In this document: positions 50,142 to 60,118 of the stretch, piece by piece
Layout: every line of letters starts with the position of its first letter
How positions within the stretch are numbered: the first letter of the stretch is position 1
Assembly (NCBI GenBank): GCA_963776865.1
Contig: CAVZOG010000004.1
Span: 588,642 to 652,641, forward strand
Direction of reading: 5' to 3'
DNA length: 64,000 nt
DNA from: an uncultured Chloroflexia bacterium
GTDB taxonomy: Bacteria > Chloroflexota > Limnocylindria > Limnocylindrales > CSP1-4
Translations under genes and position numbers: made by a program
Notes under the pieces: model-generated
Seen by the model: only the letters and a program-made list of their open reading frames with translations
The model's database searches: none
What the model was told of the DNA's origin: nothing

Positions 50142-53100
50142 ATGAGGTCACCCAAGTCGGCGTTTCTCGGCCTGCTCCTTGGCGTGGCCGTGGCGTGCAC
50201 GTCGAACGTGCCGCCACCGACACCCATGCCGAGCCCTGCCGCCTCCGCATCGCCCGACGCGACGCCCGCCGCGTCACTCTCGGCCACCCCGCAACCGACG
50301 CCACGGCCAACGCCGCCGCCCAAGGTCGTCGGCGATCTCGAGCTCGAGATGTGCGACCCCGAGGGGCTGCTGCCCTGCGAGCACCAGGCGGTGGTGCTAT
50401 ACGAGCCGATCGCCGCGACAGGTGTCTCGCTTACCTACTCAACCGAATGGGCCGACGGCCGCACCGATCGACCGAGCTGGAACGCGGACTCACTCGGCCT
50501 GGGCGGCTGGTCGCTCGACGTTCTCCAGCGCTACGACCCGGAGCACGGCATCCTCCTCGCCGGCGACGGGTCGTGGCGCATCGCAGCTGCCGCCGACATC
50601 GGCGACGGCCAGCGCGCCGTGCCCACGTACGACGGCTTCGAGTACTTCGTCTTCGACGCTGCCTGGCGCCACGTCAGAACGGTTGATTCGATCACGGGAA
50701 CCACCCTTTTGACGCTTGAGCTACGACGATGCCGGGCGGCTTACGGAGGCGGCCGGCCGGATCGGCGGCATTCCCGTCGCGAACGGTCGAGCGCGACCGA
50801 AGGGACCTGCAAGCCCTGCTGGGGATCGGCGAGACCCGGGCCGGGGCGGCGCTCGACGCGGAAGGCCGGCTTGGTGGCGTGGTGCGGCCGGACGGCACCG
50901 TGCTCTACGTGACGTTCCGCGACTTTGGGCTGGTGGCCAACTGGCAGGCCACCGGCCGAGGAGCCGTGGCGTACGAGTGGGACGCAGCCGGCCGACTGAC
51001 AAGGGAAACAGACGCTGACGGCGTCGCGCGCGAGTTGGTGTTCGCGAGTCCCGAAGGGGCGGTGACGGTGAGCGCGACCGATAGCGAACGGCGCGACGGC
51101 CACGTTCCGGTCGGAGCGGGCGACAGATGGGCTGCGGCGAACATTCACCGATGTGGACGGCACCGTCACGCAGCTCGATACGAGCAGCGCCGGGAGCACG
51201 CGATATGTAGAGCCAGACGGCACCGTGACGACAACCGGCGCCGTCGCACACCCCGTCTGGGGCCAGGCCGCACCGGTCCTGACACCCCTCGATCGAGACG
51301 CGTCCGGATGGCACCGAATACCGCGTCGAGACGGCGACGACGATGGGCGCCGGCATGCCCGAGCCGGCCGGCGGCGCCTGGCGGACCGAGACGCGATCAA
51401 CGGGCAGCGATACGTCGGACGAATACGACCCCGCGACAAGAACGGCTACGAGCATCGACCCCGTCGGCCGTGCGGCTCGCAGGTGTTCGACGAGCAGGGC
51501 CGGCTGGTCGAGCAATCGGTGGCCGGCGAACCACGTCTCGCGTTCGCCTACGACGCGGCGGGCCTGGTTGGGTCCGTCACGGTCGGGGAGGGCGGATCGG
51601 CAGCGACCACTACGTACTCGTATGTCCCCGAAGCAGGAGAGGTGATCGAGACTCGCCCGGACGGCGTGACAGTCCACTTTCACCTATGACGCCTACGGAA
51701 ATCTGCACCGTGCCTCGACGGCCAGCGAGAACGTTTCGCTCACGCAGGATGCGGCCGGGGCGGCGCTTCAGGTACGGGCAGGCGCCCATCCGGCGACATC
51801 GATTGGGTATTCCGAGGCGGGCCGTGAAACGGCATACCTGCCTGTGGCTGTTGGCGATGACTCGTCATACGAGACCACTACCTACACGCCGGCCGGCCAA
51901 GTGGCGTCGATCAACGGCCCTGGCCAACGCCACATCCAGATCGGCTATGACGCAGCCGGGCGAGCGCTCAGCTGGAACTTCGACCGCGGCACCTCGAGAG
52001 CCAGCTACGGAGCACAGAACGGGCTGATCGAGTCGAACGAATCGCCAGATGGAGTCACGACCTCGTTCGCGTATGACGGCTGGGTGCCGCTGGGGCTCGC
52101 ATGGTCCGGTCCCGTCGATGGCGACGTGCGACTCACGGTCGATGGCCAGCTGCGGCCGACCGCGGAAAGCGTCAACGGCAGTGACCAGCTGAGTTCGGAT
52201 ACGACGACGCGGGCTTGCTGACTGGCATCGACTCGCTCGCGATCGAGCGCGACCCAGCGACCGGGCTCGCGGTTCAGTCGTCACTCGGCGACGTCGAGAC
52301 GGCTTACGAATACGACGCTAACGGTCTCCTGACTGCCACAGTTGCGACCACCAGCGGCGAACCCGTGCTGGGCGTCCGCTACTCGCGCGACATCATGGGC
52401 CGCGTGACGAGGGTCGAGCGCACGGACTCGCGCGGCGATGCCAGAGCGACCGACTACGCGTATGACGCGAGCGGCCGGCTGGAGAGCGTCGCTAGCGACG
52501 GCAACCTGGACACGTACGGCTACGACGAATCAGGCAACCTCATGACGGTCACTCGCGGAGATGGCGGGGTACTCGTTACCGCCAGGTTCGATGACCGTGA
52601 CCGACTGCTGGCACACGGCGACAGAAGACTTTCGCTACAGCGCCGATGGGACGCTACTTGAGGTGGACGGACCGGACGGAACAACGACGTTCGACGTCGA
52701 TGATCTGGGTGCGCTCCGGAGCGTCCTATTGGCAGAAGGCCGACGCATCGATTACGTGATCGACGCCGGCGGCCGGCGTATTGGGCGAATGGTCGACGGC
52801 GTCCTTACCGATGGCTACCTGTACAGCGTTGACGATTCGATCGTTGCCTGGACTGACGGGTCCGGGCAGGTGATTGCCCGTTTCGCATACGACGACCTTG
52901 GCCGGCTCGCGCTCGTACGGCGCGAGGGCAGGAACTGGCCGTGGTCACCGACCAAATCGGCACGCCCAATAGCGTTGGTTGACAGCCAGACGGGCGAGGT
53001 CAGCGCGTTCACCTACGACGCCTGGGGCAACCCGCTCGACGGCACATCTTCGGCGCTCATCCCGTTCGGGTTTGCCGGCGGCCTGGTCGATCCCGATACC

Positions 53101-53260
53101 GGGCTGCTGCATTTCGGCGCGCGCGACTACGACCCATCAATCGGCAGGTGGACGGCGCCGGATCCACTGCGCTATGCGGGTGGCGATATCAACTTGTACC
53201 GCTATGCGAGCGGCGATCCAGTCAACTTCATCGACCCGACTGGAACCAGCGCCTGTGCGC
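50142..53260 (+). pseudogene. RHS/YD-repeat lipoprotein core, many frame changes
   Basis: ATG 50142 gives the lipobox MRSPKSAFLGLLLGVAVAC. YD repeats occur throughout (YDDAGRLTEA, YEWDAAGRLTRE, YDAAGLVGS, YEYDANGLLT, YAYDASGRLES, YGYDESGNL). The RHS core end is FGARDYDPSIGRWTAPDPLRYAGGDINLYRYASGDPVNFIDPTG near 53240. Confidence 0.8.
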
Positions 53261-53650
53261 CGACAGTTGTCGAGGTACGCGTGGCGATGGGCCGCTGCAT
53301 GCAGGAGTGGGCGGCGGAAAGCGGGGGGCTGGTGCGATCGGCGGCGGCAAGGGCGGTGGAGGCAAGAGCGTTGGTGGTGGCGGCAGCAAGCGGAGCCCCT
53401 ACAACGACACGGGACCGGAAAAGCCATCGTCCGGAGGCGGCCAGCCGTCCAAGCAGATCCGGCCTCGAACCCCTATCGAGCCCTCCTCGTGTGTGGTCGC
53501 CGCCGTCGGGACCGGGGAAACCAACGGGAATGCGTTTCCGCCGACTCTAGTGCCTGGTACCCCGTGTCTCGGCGTACCGATGCGCTGCATCCTCTTGTGC
53601 ATAGGCGACAACCAGGGGACGGATACCTCTGGGTCCTCCTTTATTTTTTC

Positions 53651-54400
53651 GGCGAGCCACATGTTTTCACGGCGGACAGGATGGATCTCGACTTCCAGGC
53701 CGCAGGGGAGTTCATCGTCGCCCGGTCGGCAGACGACGCGCTGGAGCTCCAGGCGAGGTTTGAGCCGCCGAACACGTCGACGACCGTTACTCGCGGACGG
53801 CAGTGGCTCTTCGCTGTTGGTCAACGGACGACCCCGTAGGTTTCTATGCCAATCCGGAACGCCCGCTGATCATCAACGGCGAAGTCATCGTGCGTGCCGA
53901 GTACGCGGCGACCCTCCCGCAGCGGTGCCATCGTCGAGCGTCATGGAACCGAGGCGTTCGTCAGATGGCCGGATGGGACAAATCTTGGCGTGCACCTCTA
54001 TTCGAGCTTCGTCAATATTGCCTTGACGCCCTCGGACGCAGTGGCTCCGTCTCTCGTTGGCATCCTGGGCGGCAGAGACGGTGACAGGTCCAACGACTTG
54101 ACGACGCGCGACGGCGTCGTAATCGATCCGGAGGATCCGAACTTCACCGATCTGCTTTACGGCGACTTCGCTGACAGTTGGCGGATCAGTCAGGAGGAAT
54201 CACTTTTCGACTACCTTCCCGGCGAAACGACGGCCACTTTTCAGAGGCCGGAGATTCCGGGTGAGCCGGCTAGCCTCGATGACCTGGACGAGCAGATGCG
54301 GAGCGAGGCGGAAGCGCTCTGTCGGGCCGCAGGGGTCAGCTCCGATTCGATCTTGGCGGATTGCATCCTCGATTTCGGACTGACCGCCGATCCTGCCTAT
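53651..54400 (+). pseudogene. von Willebrand factor type D (VWD)-like domain, frame interrupted
   Basis: GEPHVFTADRMDLDFQAAGEFIV matches the GDPH..F.G.GEF pattern. Other matches are LVGILGGRDGDRSNDL and FADSWRISQEESLFDY. Changing T6 to T7 at 53644-53649 joins it to the upstream Gly-rich frame. Confidence 0.6.
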
Positions 54401-55679
54401 GTCGGTCGCGGCGGCAGTCGTGCAGGACGCTGTCGAACGCGATTCGGTTGCGGCAGTTGGCGGCGGAACGCCGCTGGTGATCGGTGAGACCGTGACCGGC
54501 GAGCTTGCGCCAGGGGTGACTGACCGGTATGCCCTGACGGTTGATGCGGGGTCGATCGTCTATCTGGACGCCGAGGGCACGTGTGTCGACGGTTTGAGCT
54601 GGCGCTTGATGCGACCGGGCAACGTCCTTGCGGCGTTCGATGTGTCGTGCAATGACCTGGGCCGTCGAGTGCTGGCCGAGGCCGGAAGCTGGACGGTCGA
54701 GATCTATTCCGACTCCGGCGTCGGCGGGGAATACGCGTTCCGAACGATCGACGTCCCGCCGGTAGAGGAGGGGACAGTCGCGCCCGGTCAGTCGGTCAGC
54801 GGCGAGGTCTCGGCAATCGGCGAATGGGACCGATACGCGCTTACGGCTACTGCCGGCCAGGTCGTCTATCTCGACGCGCAGGGCGACTGCGTCGACGGAC
54901 TCTTCTGGCGGCTGTTGCGCCCTGACGGCGTCCTGTCGACGTTTGCGGCGGTCTGCGACGACCTCGGCCGCCGGGTGCTTGACGTGGCTGGAGACTGGGC
55001 ACTCGAGATGTACTCGGATGGCCTCGCAACGGGAGCCTATTCACTGAGCGTCATCGCTGCGCCTTCGCCCGAAGAGGACGCGACCGCACCTGGACAGACG
55101 GTCAGCGGCGAGATCTCGACAATCGGCGAGTGGGACCGCTACACGCTGACGGCGGCCGCGGGGCAGGTCGTCTACCTCGACGGTCAGGGTGACTGCATCG
55201 ACGATCTCTGGTGGCGCCTATTGCGGCCGGACGGGGTATTGAGCACGTTCGCCGCCGCATGCGACGACCTCGGTCGACGAGTGCTCAACGTAGCCGGGGA
55301 CTGGGTGATCGAGGTGTATTCGGACGGACTGGCCACCGGGTCGTACGCGTTCGGGACGATCGCGGTGCCGGCAGTAAGCGAGGCGCCGATCTCCGTCGGC
55401 CAATCGGTGAATGGTGAGATAGCGTCGGTCGGCGAGTGGCACCGCCACACGCTGAATGCGACGGCGGGTCAAGTGGTCAATCTCGACGCGCAGGGTGACT
55501 GCGTCGACGACCTCTGGTGGCGACTGCTTCGTCCGGATGGCGTCCTGTCAACGTTCGCCGCGGTTTGCAACGACCTCGGTCGGCGCGAGCTCGACGTGGC
55601 CGGCCCATGGGTGATCGAGGTTTATTCCGACAGGTTCGCCACCGGGTCGTACACGTTCAGGTTGGACGCCGCCAACTAG
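54399..55679 (+). CDS. four tandem ~100-aa beta-sandwich (PPC-like) repeats, probably the C-terminus of the RHS/VWD protein
   Basis: Intact 426-aa ORF. Each repeat reads G(Q/E)(S/T)V.GE......DRY.LTA.AGQVVYLD.QGDC.D.L.WRLLRPDGVLSTFAA.C.DLGRR.L.VAG.W..E.YSD..ATG.Y. Confidence 0.7.
   Translation: MSVAAAVVQDAVERDSVAAVGGGTPLVIGETVTGELAPGVTDRYALTVDAGSIVYLDAEGTCVDGLSWRLMRPGNVLAAFDVSCNDLGRRVLAEAGSWTVEIYSDSGVGGEYAFRTIDVPPVEEGTVAPGQSVSGEVSAIGEWDRYALTATAGQVVYLDAQGDCVDGLFWRLLRPDGVLSTFAAVCDDLGRRVLDVAGDWALEMYSDGLATGAYSLSVIAAPSPEEDATAPGQTVSGEISTIGEWDRYTLTAAAGQVVYLDGQGDCIDDLWWRLLRPDGVLSTFAAACDDLGRRVLNVAGDWVIEVYSDGLATGSYAFGTIAVPAVSEAPISVGQSVNGEIASVGEWHRHTLNATAGQVVNLDAQGDCVDDLWWRLLRPDGVLSTFAAVCNDLGRRELDVAGPWVIEVYSDRFATGSYTFRLDAAN
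54468..55676 (+). repeat. 4 x ~300-bp coding tandem repeat
   Basis: The repeat units start at about 54468, 54774, 55080 and 55383. Units 2-4 are very similar at the protein level. Confidence 0.8.
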
Positions 55680-55683
55680 ACGA

Positions 55684-56241
55684 TCAGGGCCGACCGCGAC
55701 GCGGATTGCCGCGTTTCTTGGTCGCGCCGCGGCCGGGAGACCACGGCTCACGCTCGGCCTCTGGCTGGGGTGCGCGGGACGACCGATTTGGAGTCCCGAT
55801 ACCGACTCCGGCCTTGGACGCCCCCTTCGTTGCCCCCGGCGTCAGCAGCTCCTCGAGCCAGGCGAGTCGCTGTGTCCGCGCTCCGAGGTGACGGACCCGT
55901 TCGGTGAGTGAGCGGTCGTCGGTCACGATCGTCATCGAGTGGCGGCTGCCGGGCGCCTTGTCGCGCACCTGATTGACCAGCGCGTCATCGGCGGACAGCG
56001 AGCCCGCGTGGTGGATCTCGAGCTGGCGGGTCACCCGTTGTCGGCGGTCGGTGCCCGACGCGGCGTGGCCGTCGAGCATCAGGATCGTCCTGAGCGTGTC
56101 GGGGAGGGCGTTTCTGAGACGCGCGAGGAGCAACCGCTGCGCGCCTACATCGACGCTGCCGCTGGTTCGATGGAGCAGGTTGTTGCCGTCGATCAGGAGC
56201 GTGTCGATCCCGGCAAGTGAAGCGCGGCCGCTCATCCGCAT
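55684..56241 (-). CDS. NYN/PIN-like YacP (Rae1)-family ribonuclease domain protein
   Basis: Motifs seen are DTLLIDGNNLLH, TILMLDGHAASG, SADDALV and MTIVTDDRSL. The tail is basic. Confidence 0.7.
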   Translation of the reverse strand: MRMSGRASLAGIDTLLIDGNNLLHRTSGSVDVGAQRLLLARLRNALPDTLRTILMLDGHAASGTDRRQRVTRQLEIHHAGSLSADDALVNQVRDKAPGSRHSMTIVTDDRSLTERVRHLGARTQRLAWLEELLTPGATKGASKAGVGIGTPNRSSRAPQPEAEREPWSPGRGATKKRGNPRRGRP

Positions 56242-56252
56242 ACCATCCCGAC

Positions 56253-57071
56253 GTGTTGCTGCTGGTCGATCTCGATGGTGTCGTATACCGCGGCGCGCTG
56301 GCCGTGCCCGGCATGGCGGACGTGCTCAATCGGCGCGCCGCGGCCGGCGACCGGATCATCTACGTGACCAACAACTCGCGTTCTCACCGTGATGAGTATC
56401 GCCGCCGGCTGCAGGGCCACGGCGTGCCACTCGGCGGTGAGGGCATGGACAGCATCGTCACCGCGGCGCGGGCGGCGGCCGTGCTGCTCGCCGAATCCGA
56501 GCCGCGCCCGCGCGTGGTGATGGTCATCGGCGGCCCGGGACTCGCGCGCGAGCTGCGCGAGGTTGGCCTGAAAGTCGTGCCGCCGACCACGCGCGGGCTG
56601 GACGCCGCGCCGGACGCCCTGGTCGTCGGCGTTGACTTCTCGCTCAGCTACGAGCGGCTTTCCACCGCGGCCGAGGCAGTCCGGCGCGGCGCCCGCTTCG
56701 TGGCCACGAACCGCGACCCGATCTTCCCGGCCGAGGATCACCTCAAGGCCGGTGCCGGTGCGATCGTCGCGGCCGTCGCCGTAGCCGCCGGCCGCGAGCC
56801 GGACGTGGTCGTGGGCAAGCCCGAGCCGCTCCTGTTCGAAACCGCCGCGGAGCTAGCCGGCACGCACGCGCGCGACGCGATAGTGATCGGCGACGGCCTG
56901 CACACCGACATTCGCGCCGCGAACGCGGTTGGGGCCCGGTCGGTGCTGATGCTGACCGGCGTCACCAGGGCGTCCGAGATCGACTCAACGAACCTCGGCG
57001 CAACGCCGACCAGAATCGCAAAGGACGCGGCCGATCTCGACCGCGTCCTGAGCGAACTGACTTCGGGTTGA
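56253..57071 (+). CDS. HAD-superfamily subfamily IIA hydrolase (NagD-like)
   Basis: GTG 56253 avoids overlap with the NYN gene, whereas the ORF starts at 56217. Motifs seen are LVDLDGVVYRG, YVTNNS and IGDGLHTDI. Confidence 0.8.
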   Translation: MLLLVDLDGVVYRGALAVPGMADVLNRRAAAGDRIIYVTNNSRSHRDEYRRRLQGHGVPLGGEGMDSIVTAARAAAVLLAESEPRPRVVMVIGGPGLARELREVGLKVVPPTTRGLDAAPDALVVGVDFSLSYERLSTAAEAVRRGARFVATNRDPIFPAEDHLKAGAGAIVAAVAVAAGREPDVVVGKPEPLLFETAAELAGTHARDAIVIGDGLHTDIRAANAVGARSVLMLTGVTRASEIDSTNLGATPTRIAKDAADLDRVLSELTSG

Positions 57072-57078
57072 CGCTGGG

Positions 57079-58002
57079 CTACGAGGCCCGATAGAGCAAC
57101 CAGGCGTCGCGCATGCGCTGCGTCTGGCCGTCGCTGAACTCCGTGTAGCAGGTGTCGAACGAGTAGTCCATGTAGTTGTGGATCGGGTCGGTCCCGGGGG
57201 CCGGGCAGGTGTCCTTGCCCACAGGGCATCCGGATGTTGGGGTCTTCTGAGCCGGCGTGTCGTCGACGAAGTCGCCCGTCTCCGAGCAGCCGCCGAAGAA
57301 CGTGTGCTCCAGGTTGATCCAGTGGCCGACCTCGTGGACGAGCGTCTCGCCCAGGTCGTATGCGCCGGCGTATTGGTTCGAGGCGCCGGGTACCGTCGCC
57401 CAGTCGATCACGATGCCGTCCAGGTAGACCTGGTTGCCGTCGGTGATAGACGGCAGGTAGGCCCAACCGAGATAGGCGGCGCCACTCGTCGAATAGACGT
57501 TGAGGTCGCTGTCGTCGCCCGTCTTGAGCGCCTTCTTCATGTCGTGCTCGGCGCCCGGCTTGGCGGCGAACCACTTGGCGTTGTCGGTGCGCGTAACGCC
57601 GGCCAGGTCGAACGAGAAGCCGGTGTCGGAGCCGCCTTCGCCGCCGCCGAACGTCTTGTTGAGCACCGCGATCTGCGAGCTGATCTGGCGGTTGGTGAGG
57701 TTGCCCTCGCCGCCGCTCGTGATCACGTGGAAGTAGACATCGACGGTCGCCGTGAAGTCGGCCGGCGCCTTGCCCTTGGCCGACTTCGGCATGTCGCGCC
57801 TGACCTGACCCAGATCAGGTTCGCGGAGCTTTCCGCCCCTGCCTGCAGCCGTCAGATCTGCGGCGGCGTGTGTGGCCGTGTCCCCGGGACCACAGGCCCA
57901 ATCGGGCAACGGCGATGACGCGGCGGCGACTGTCGAAACCGCAAGCGGCATCGCCACGGCCACCGTCATCAGCGCCGTGAATGTTCGGCGAAGCAGAGTC
58001 AT
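57079..58002 (-). CDS. secreted M43-family (ulilysin/pappalysin-like) zinc metalloprotease
   Basis: A signal peptide is followed by HEVGHWINLEHTF, DDTP and DPIHNYMDY (Met-turn region). Confidence 0.8.
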   Translation of the reverse strand: MTLLRRTFTALMTVAVAMPLAVSTVAAASSPLPDWACGPGDTATHAAADLTAAGRGGKLREPDLGQVRRDMPKSAKGKAPADFTATVDVYFHVITSGGEGNLTNRQISSQIAVLNKTFGGGEGGSDTGFSFDLAGVTRTDNAKWFAAKPGAEHDMKKALKTGDDSDLNVYSTSGAAYLGWAYLPSITDGNQVYLDGIVIDWATVPGASNQYAGAYDLGETLVHEVGHWINLEHTFFGGCSETGDFVDDTPAQKTPTSGCPVGKDTCPAPGTDPIHNYMDYSFDTCYTEFSDGQTQRMRDAWLLYRAS

Positions 58003-58139
58003 CCGGATCCTCCTCCAGCTCGGACCGACCGGCGGCCCCCCAATCGCGCGGAATTTAACTCACGACGCGCGTTCTGGCCGTCATCACACAGGGGAGCTCT
58101 CAGCCAACTTAGGGCCAGTTCACCTGGGGCGCGCTCACA

Positions 58140-59168
58140 TCACCCTGTCGAATCGAAGGCCTCGAACTCGGCGATGAGACGCGCGCGCAGGTCCTCGTCG
58201 TGATGCAGGAACGCGACCTTCAGGGCGTGCATGTTCATCCGCCACAGCTCGGCGAGCGCGAGTCCGTGGACGTCCATCGCGCGCTGGTATTCACGTACAA
58301 GGGTCAGGTCGGAGACCGTCCGATCGTCGGTCGACAGCGTCACCGGAGCTCCATCGCGAATTAGCCGACCGAGTGGAAATTCGGCCAGCGAGGGATAGAT
58401 CGAGGCCTGCACGTTGCTCGTCGGGCACAGGTCGAGCGTGACGCCGCGCGTCTTCAGCTCGGCAATGAGATCAGGGTCGTCCGCCGCCGGCGCGCCGTGG
58501 GCGATGCGCGCCGGGTTGACCGCCAGCGCTCGCCAAACCTGGGCCGCGCCGCCCCACTCGCCGGCATGGATGGTGATGCCCAGGCCACCCGCCCGGGCGG
58601 CCTCGAAGGCGTCGGCGTGGAGCAGCGGATCAGGGAAGGCCGCTTCGGGGCCGGCGAGGTCGAAGCCGGTCAGGCCGTCGGCCACGTAATGCGCGGACTC
58701 GAGTGCGACGGCGAGGTTGAGCTGCGGCAAATGGGAGCGCAGCGCGACCGCGATGAGGCGCACGACGACGCCCGTCGCGGCGGCGCCGCTCCGGGCACCG
58801 GCGACGACGGCCTCGATCGAGGCGCGCAGGTCGAGCCCGCCGGCAATGTGCAGTGCCGGTCCCCAACGGATCTCGACATAGCGCGTGCCGTCCGCGGCAA
58901 CGTCCTCGACAAGCTCGTGGGTGATGCGCTCGATCGCGGCCGCGTCCTGCATCAGCGCGATCGGCAGGTCGAAGGCGGCCAGCAGCTGCGCCTGGTCGGC
59001 GACCTGGGCGGGTGCCTGCAGGCGGCGCGTCATCGCGTCGAGATCCATGCCCTCGTCGAGGCCGCGTTCGCGCGCCAGCTCGAGCGCGGTCATCGGCCGG
59101 AGCGAGCCGTCGAGGTGGAGATGCAGCTCGGCCTTGGGCATGCGCGCGAGAAGGTCGGGCGTGCTCAT
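58140..59168 (-). CDS. add: adenosine deaminase
   Basis: Motifs seen are PKAELHLHLDGS, ITIHAGEWGG and LSTDDRT. Intact 342-aa ORF. Confidence 0.9.
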   Translation of the reverse strand: MSTPDLLARMPKAELHLHLDGSLRPMTALELARERGLDEGMDLDAMTRRLQAPAQVADQAQLLAAFDLPIALMQDAAAIERITHELVEDVAADGTRYVEIRWGPALHIAGGLDLRASIEAVVAGARSGAAATGVVVRLIAVALRSHLPQLNLAVALESAHYVADGLTGFDLAGPEAAFPDPLLHADAFEAARAGGLGITIHAGEWGGAAQVWRALAVNPARIAHGAPAADDPDLIAELKTRGVTLDLCPTSNVQASIYPSLAEFPLGRLIRDGAPVTLSTDDRTVSDLTLVREYQRAMDVHGLALAELWRMNMHALKVAFLHHDEDLRARLIAEFEAFDSTG

Positions 59169-59221
59169 GACCCGATCGTACGGCAGTCAACCGCACCGGA
59201 GCGCACCTAGACTCCGCGCCG

Positions 59222-59422
59222 ATGACCCCTCCGCGTCGGCCCCGATTCCGATTGTGGCCACTGTCGACTGCGATCCTCGTGCTCGTTGCGCTGGGCACTC
59301 CCGGCTTTGCCGTGGCCGTTCTCGCGGTCATCGTCGGTGAGGCGGCCGCTCCGACCTTCGCCACGCATCTGGTCGCAATCGAGCGGGTGCGCGGTGTGGT
59401 TCAAGAGGCGCTCGCGCGGTGA
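59222..59422 (+). CDS. 66-aa membrane peptide translationally coupled to the A24 peptidase-like gene
   Basis: Its stop overlaps the next start (GTGA at 59419-59422). I counted about 50 of 65 third codon positions as G/C. The hydrophobic core is WPLSTAILVLVALGTPGFAVAVLAVIVG. Confidence 0.3.
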   Translation: MTPPRRPRFRLWPLSTAILVLVALGTPGFAVAVLAVIVGEAAAPTFATHLVAIERVRGVVQEALAR

Positions 59423-60057
59423 CGCTCGCCATCCCGCTGCTTATCGTGGGCGCGCTCCTCGGCCTCGCCGCCGACTTCGCGTCCCGTCGCTGGCCGCAGC
59501 ACGAAGAGGACTACGTGCCCGCCCGTGGGATCCGGTGGCAGACCCTCGTGCTCGTGGCCACCGGTGCGGCCGTGTTCGCGATCCTGCCAATCCGCTGGAT
59601 CGAGCCGCGCGACCTGCTCGTCCTGGCTGTCTATTGCGCCGCGCTGCTGATCCTGCTGGCGACCGACCTCGACCAAAAGCTGCTGCCAGATCTGATCACG
59701 CTGCCGCTCATCGTCTTCAGCGGCGCGGTCCTGCTGCTCGGCTGGTCGCCCGTCCTGGCCGGCAAGGAGCTCGGGCTGGTGAGCGGCGTCGCAGCCGGCA
59801 TCGGTCTGCCGGTCCTGCTGTTCATCAGTGATCGCATCCTGCACGGAGAGCTTGGCGGAGGCGACCTCAAACTGGCAGTAAGCATCGGCTCCATGTCCGG
59901 TGTCGCAGCGCTGGTGTTCGGCCTCCTTGTCGCCAGCATCGGTTTCTCGATCGTCCTGATCGCGCTGATGGCCATGCGCCGGCTGAGCCTGAAATCGGCC
60001 GTCCCGTTCGGCCCGGTGCTGATCCTCGGAGCCTTCGCGGCGGTACTGCTGGCCTGA
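59419..60057 (+). CDS. prepilin (type IV leader) peptidase-like A24-family membrane protein
   Basis: There are several TM helices. The two Asp motifs are LATDLDQKLLPDLITLP and GGGDLKLAVSIG. Confidence 0.7.
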   Translation: MTLAIPLLIVGALLGLAADFASRRWPQHEEDYVPARGIRWQTLVLVATGAAVFAILPIRWIEPRDLLVLAVYCAALLILLATDLDQKLLPDLITLPLIVFSGAVLLLGWSPVLAGKELGLVSGVAAGIGLPVLLFISDRILHGELGGGDLKLAVSIGSMSGVAALVFGLLVASIGFSIVLIALMAMRRLSLKSAVPFGPVLILGAFAAVLLA

Positions 60058-60118
60058 TCGCTTAACATTCGCGACGGCATTCTGGTTCGTCCCAGCCGAA
60101 GCCGATCGTGCAGGAGTC

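Noticed and set aside
54468-55676. Regular repeat array as a CRISPR-like or satellite element
   Set aside because: The units are about 300 bp, lie in one open frame and encode a conserved domain. There are no short spacers and no cas genes.
59222-59422. Flp/Tad-type pilin upstream of the A24 peptidase
   Set aside because: There is no G/xxxxEY processing motif, and the hydrophobic segment is not at the position expected for Flp pilins.
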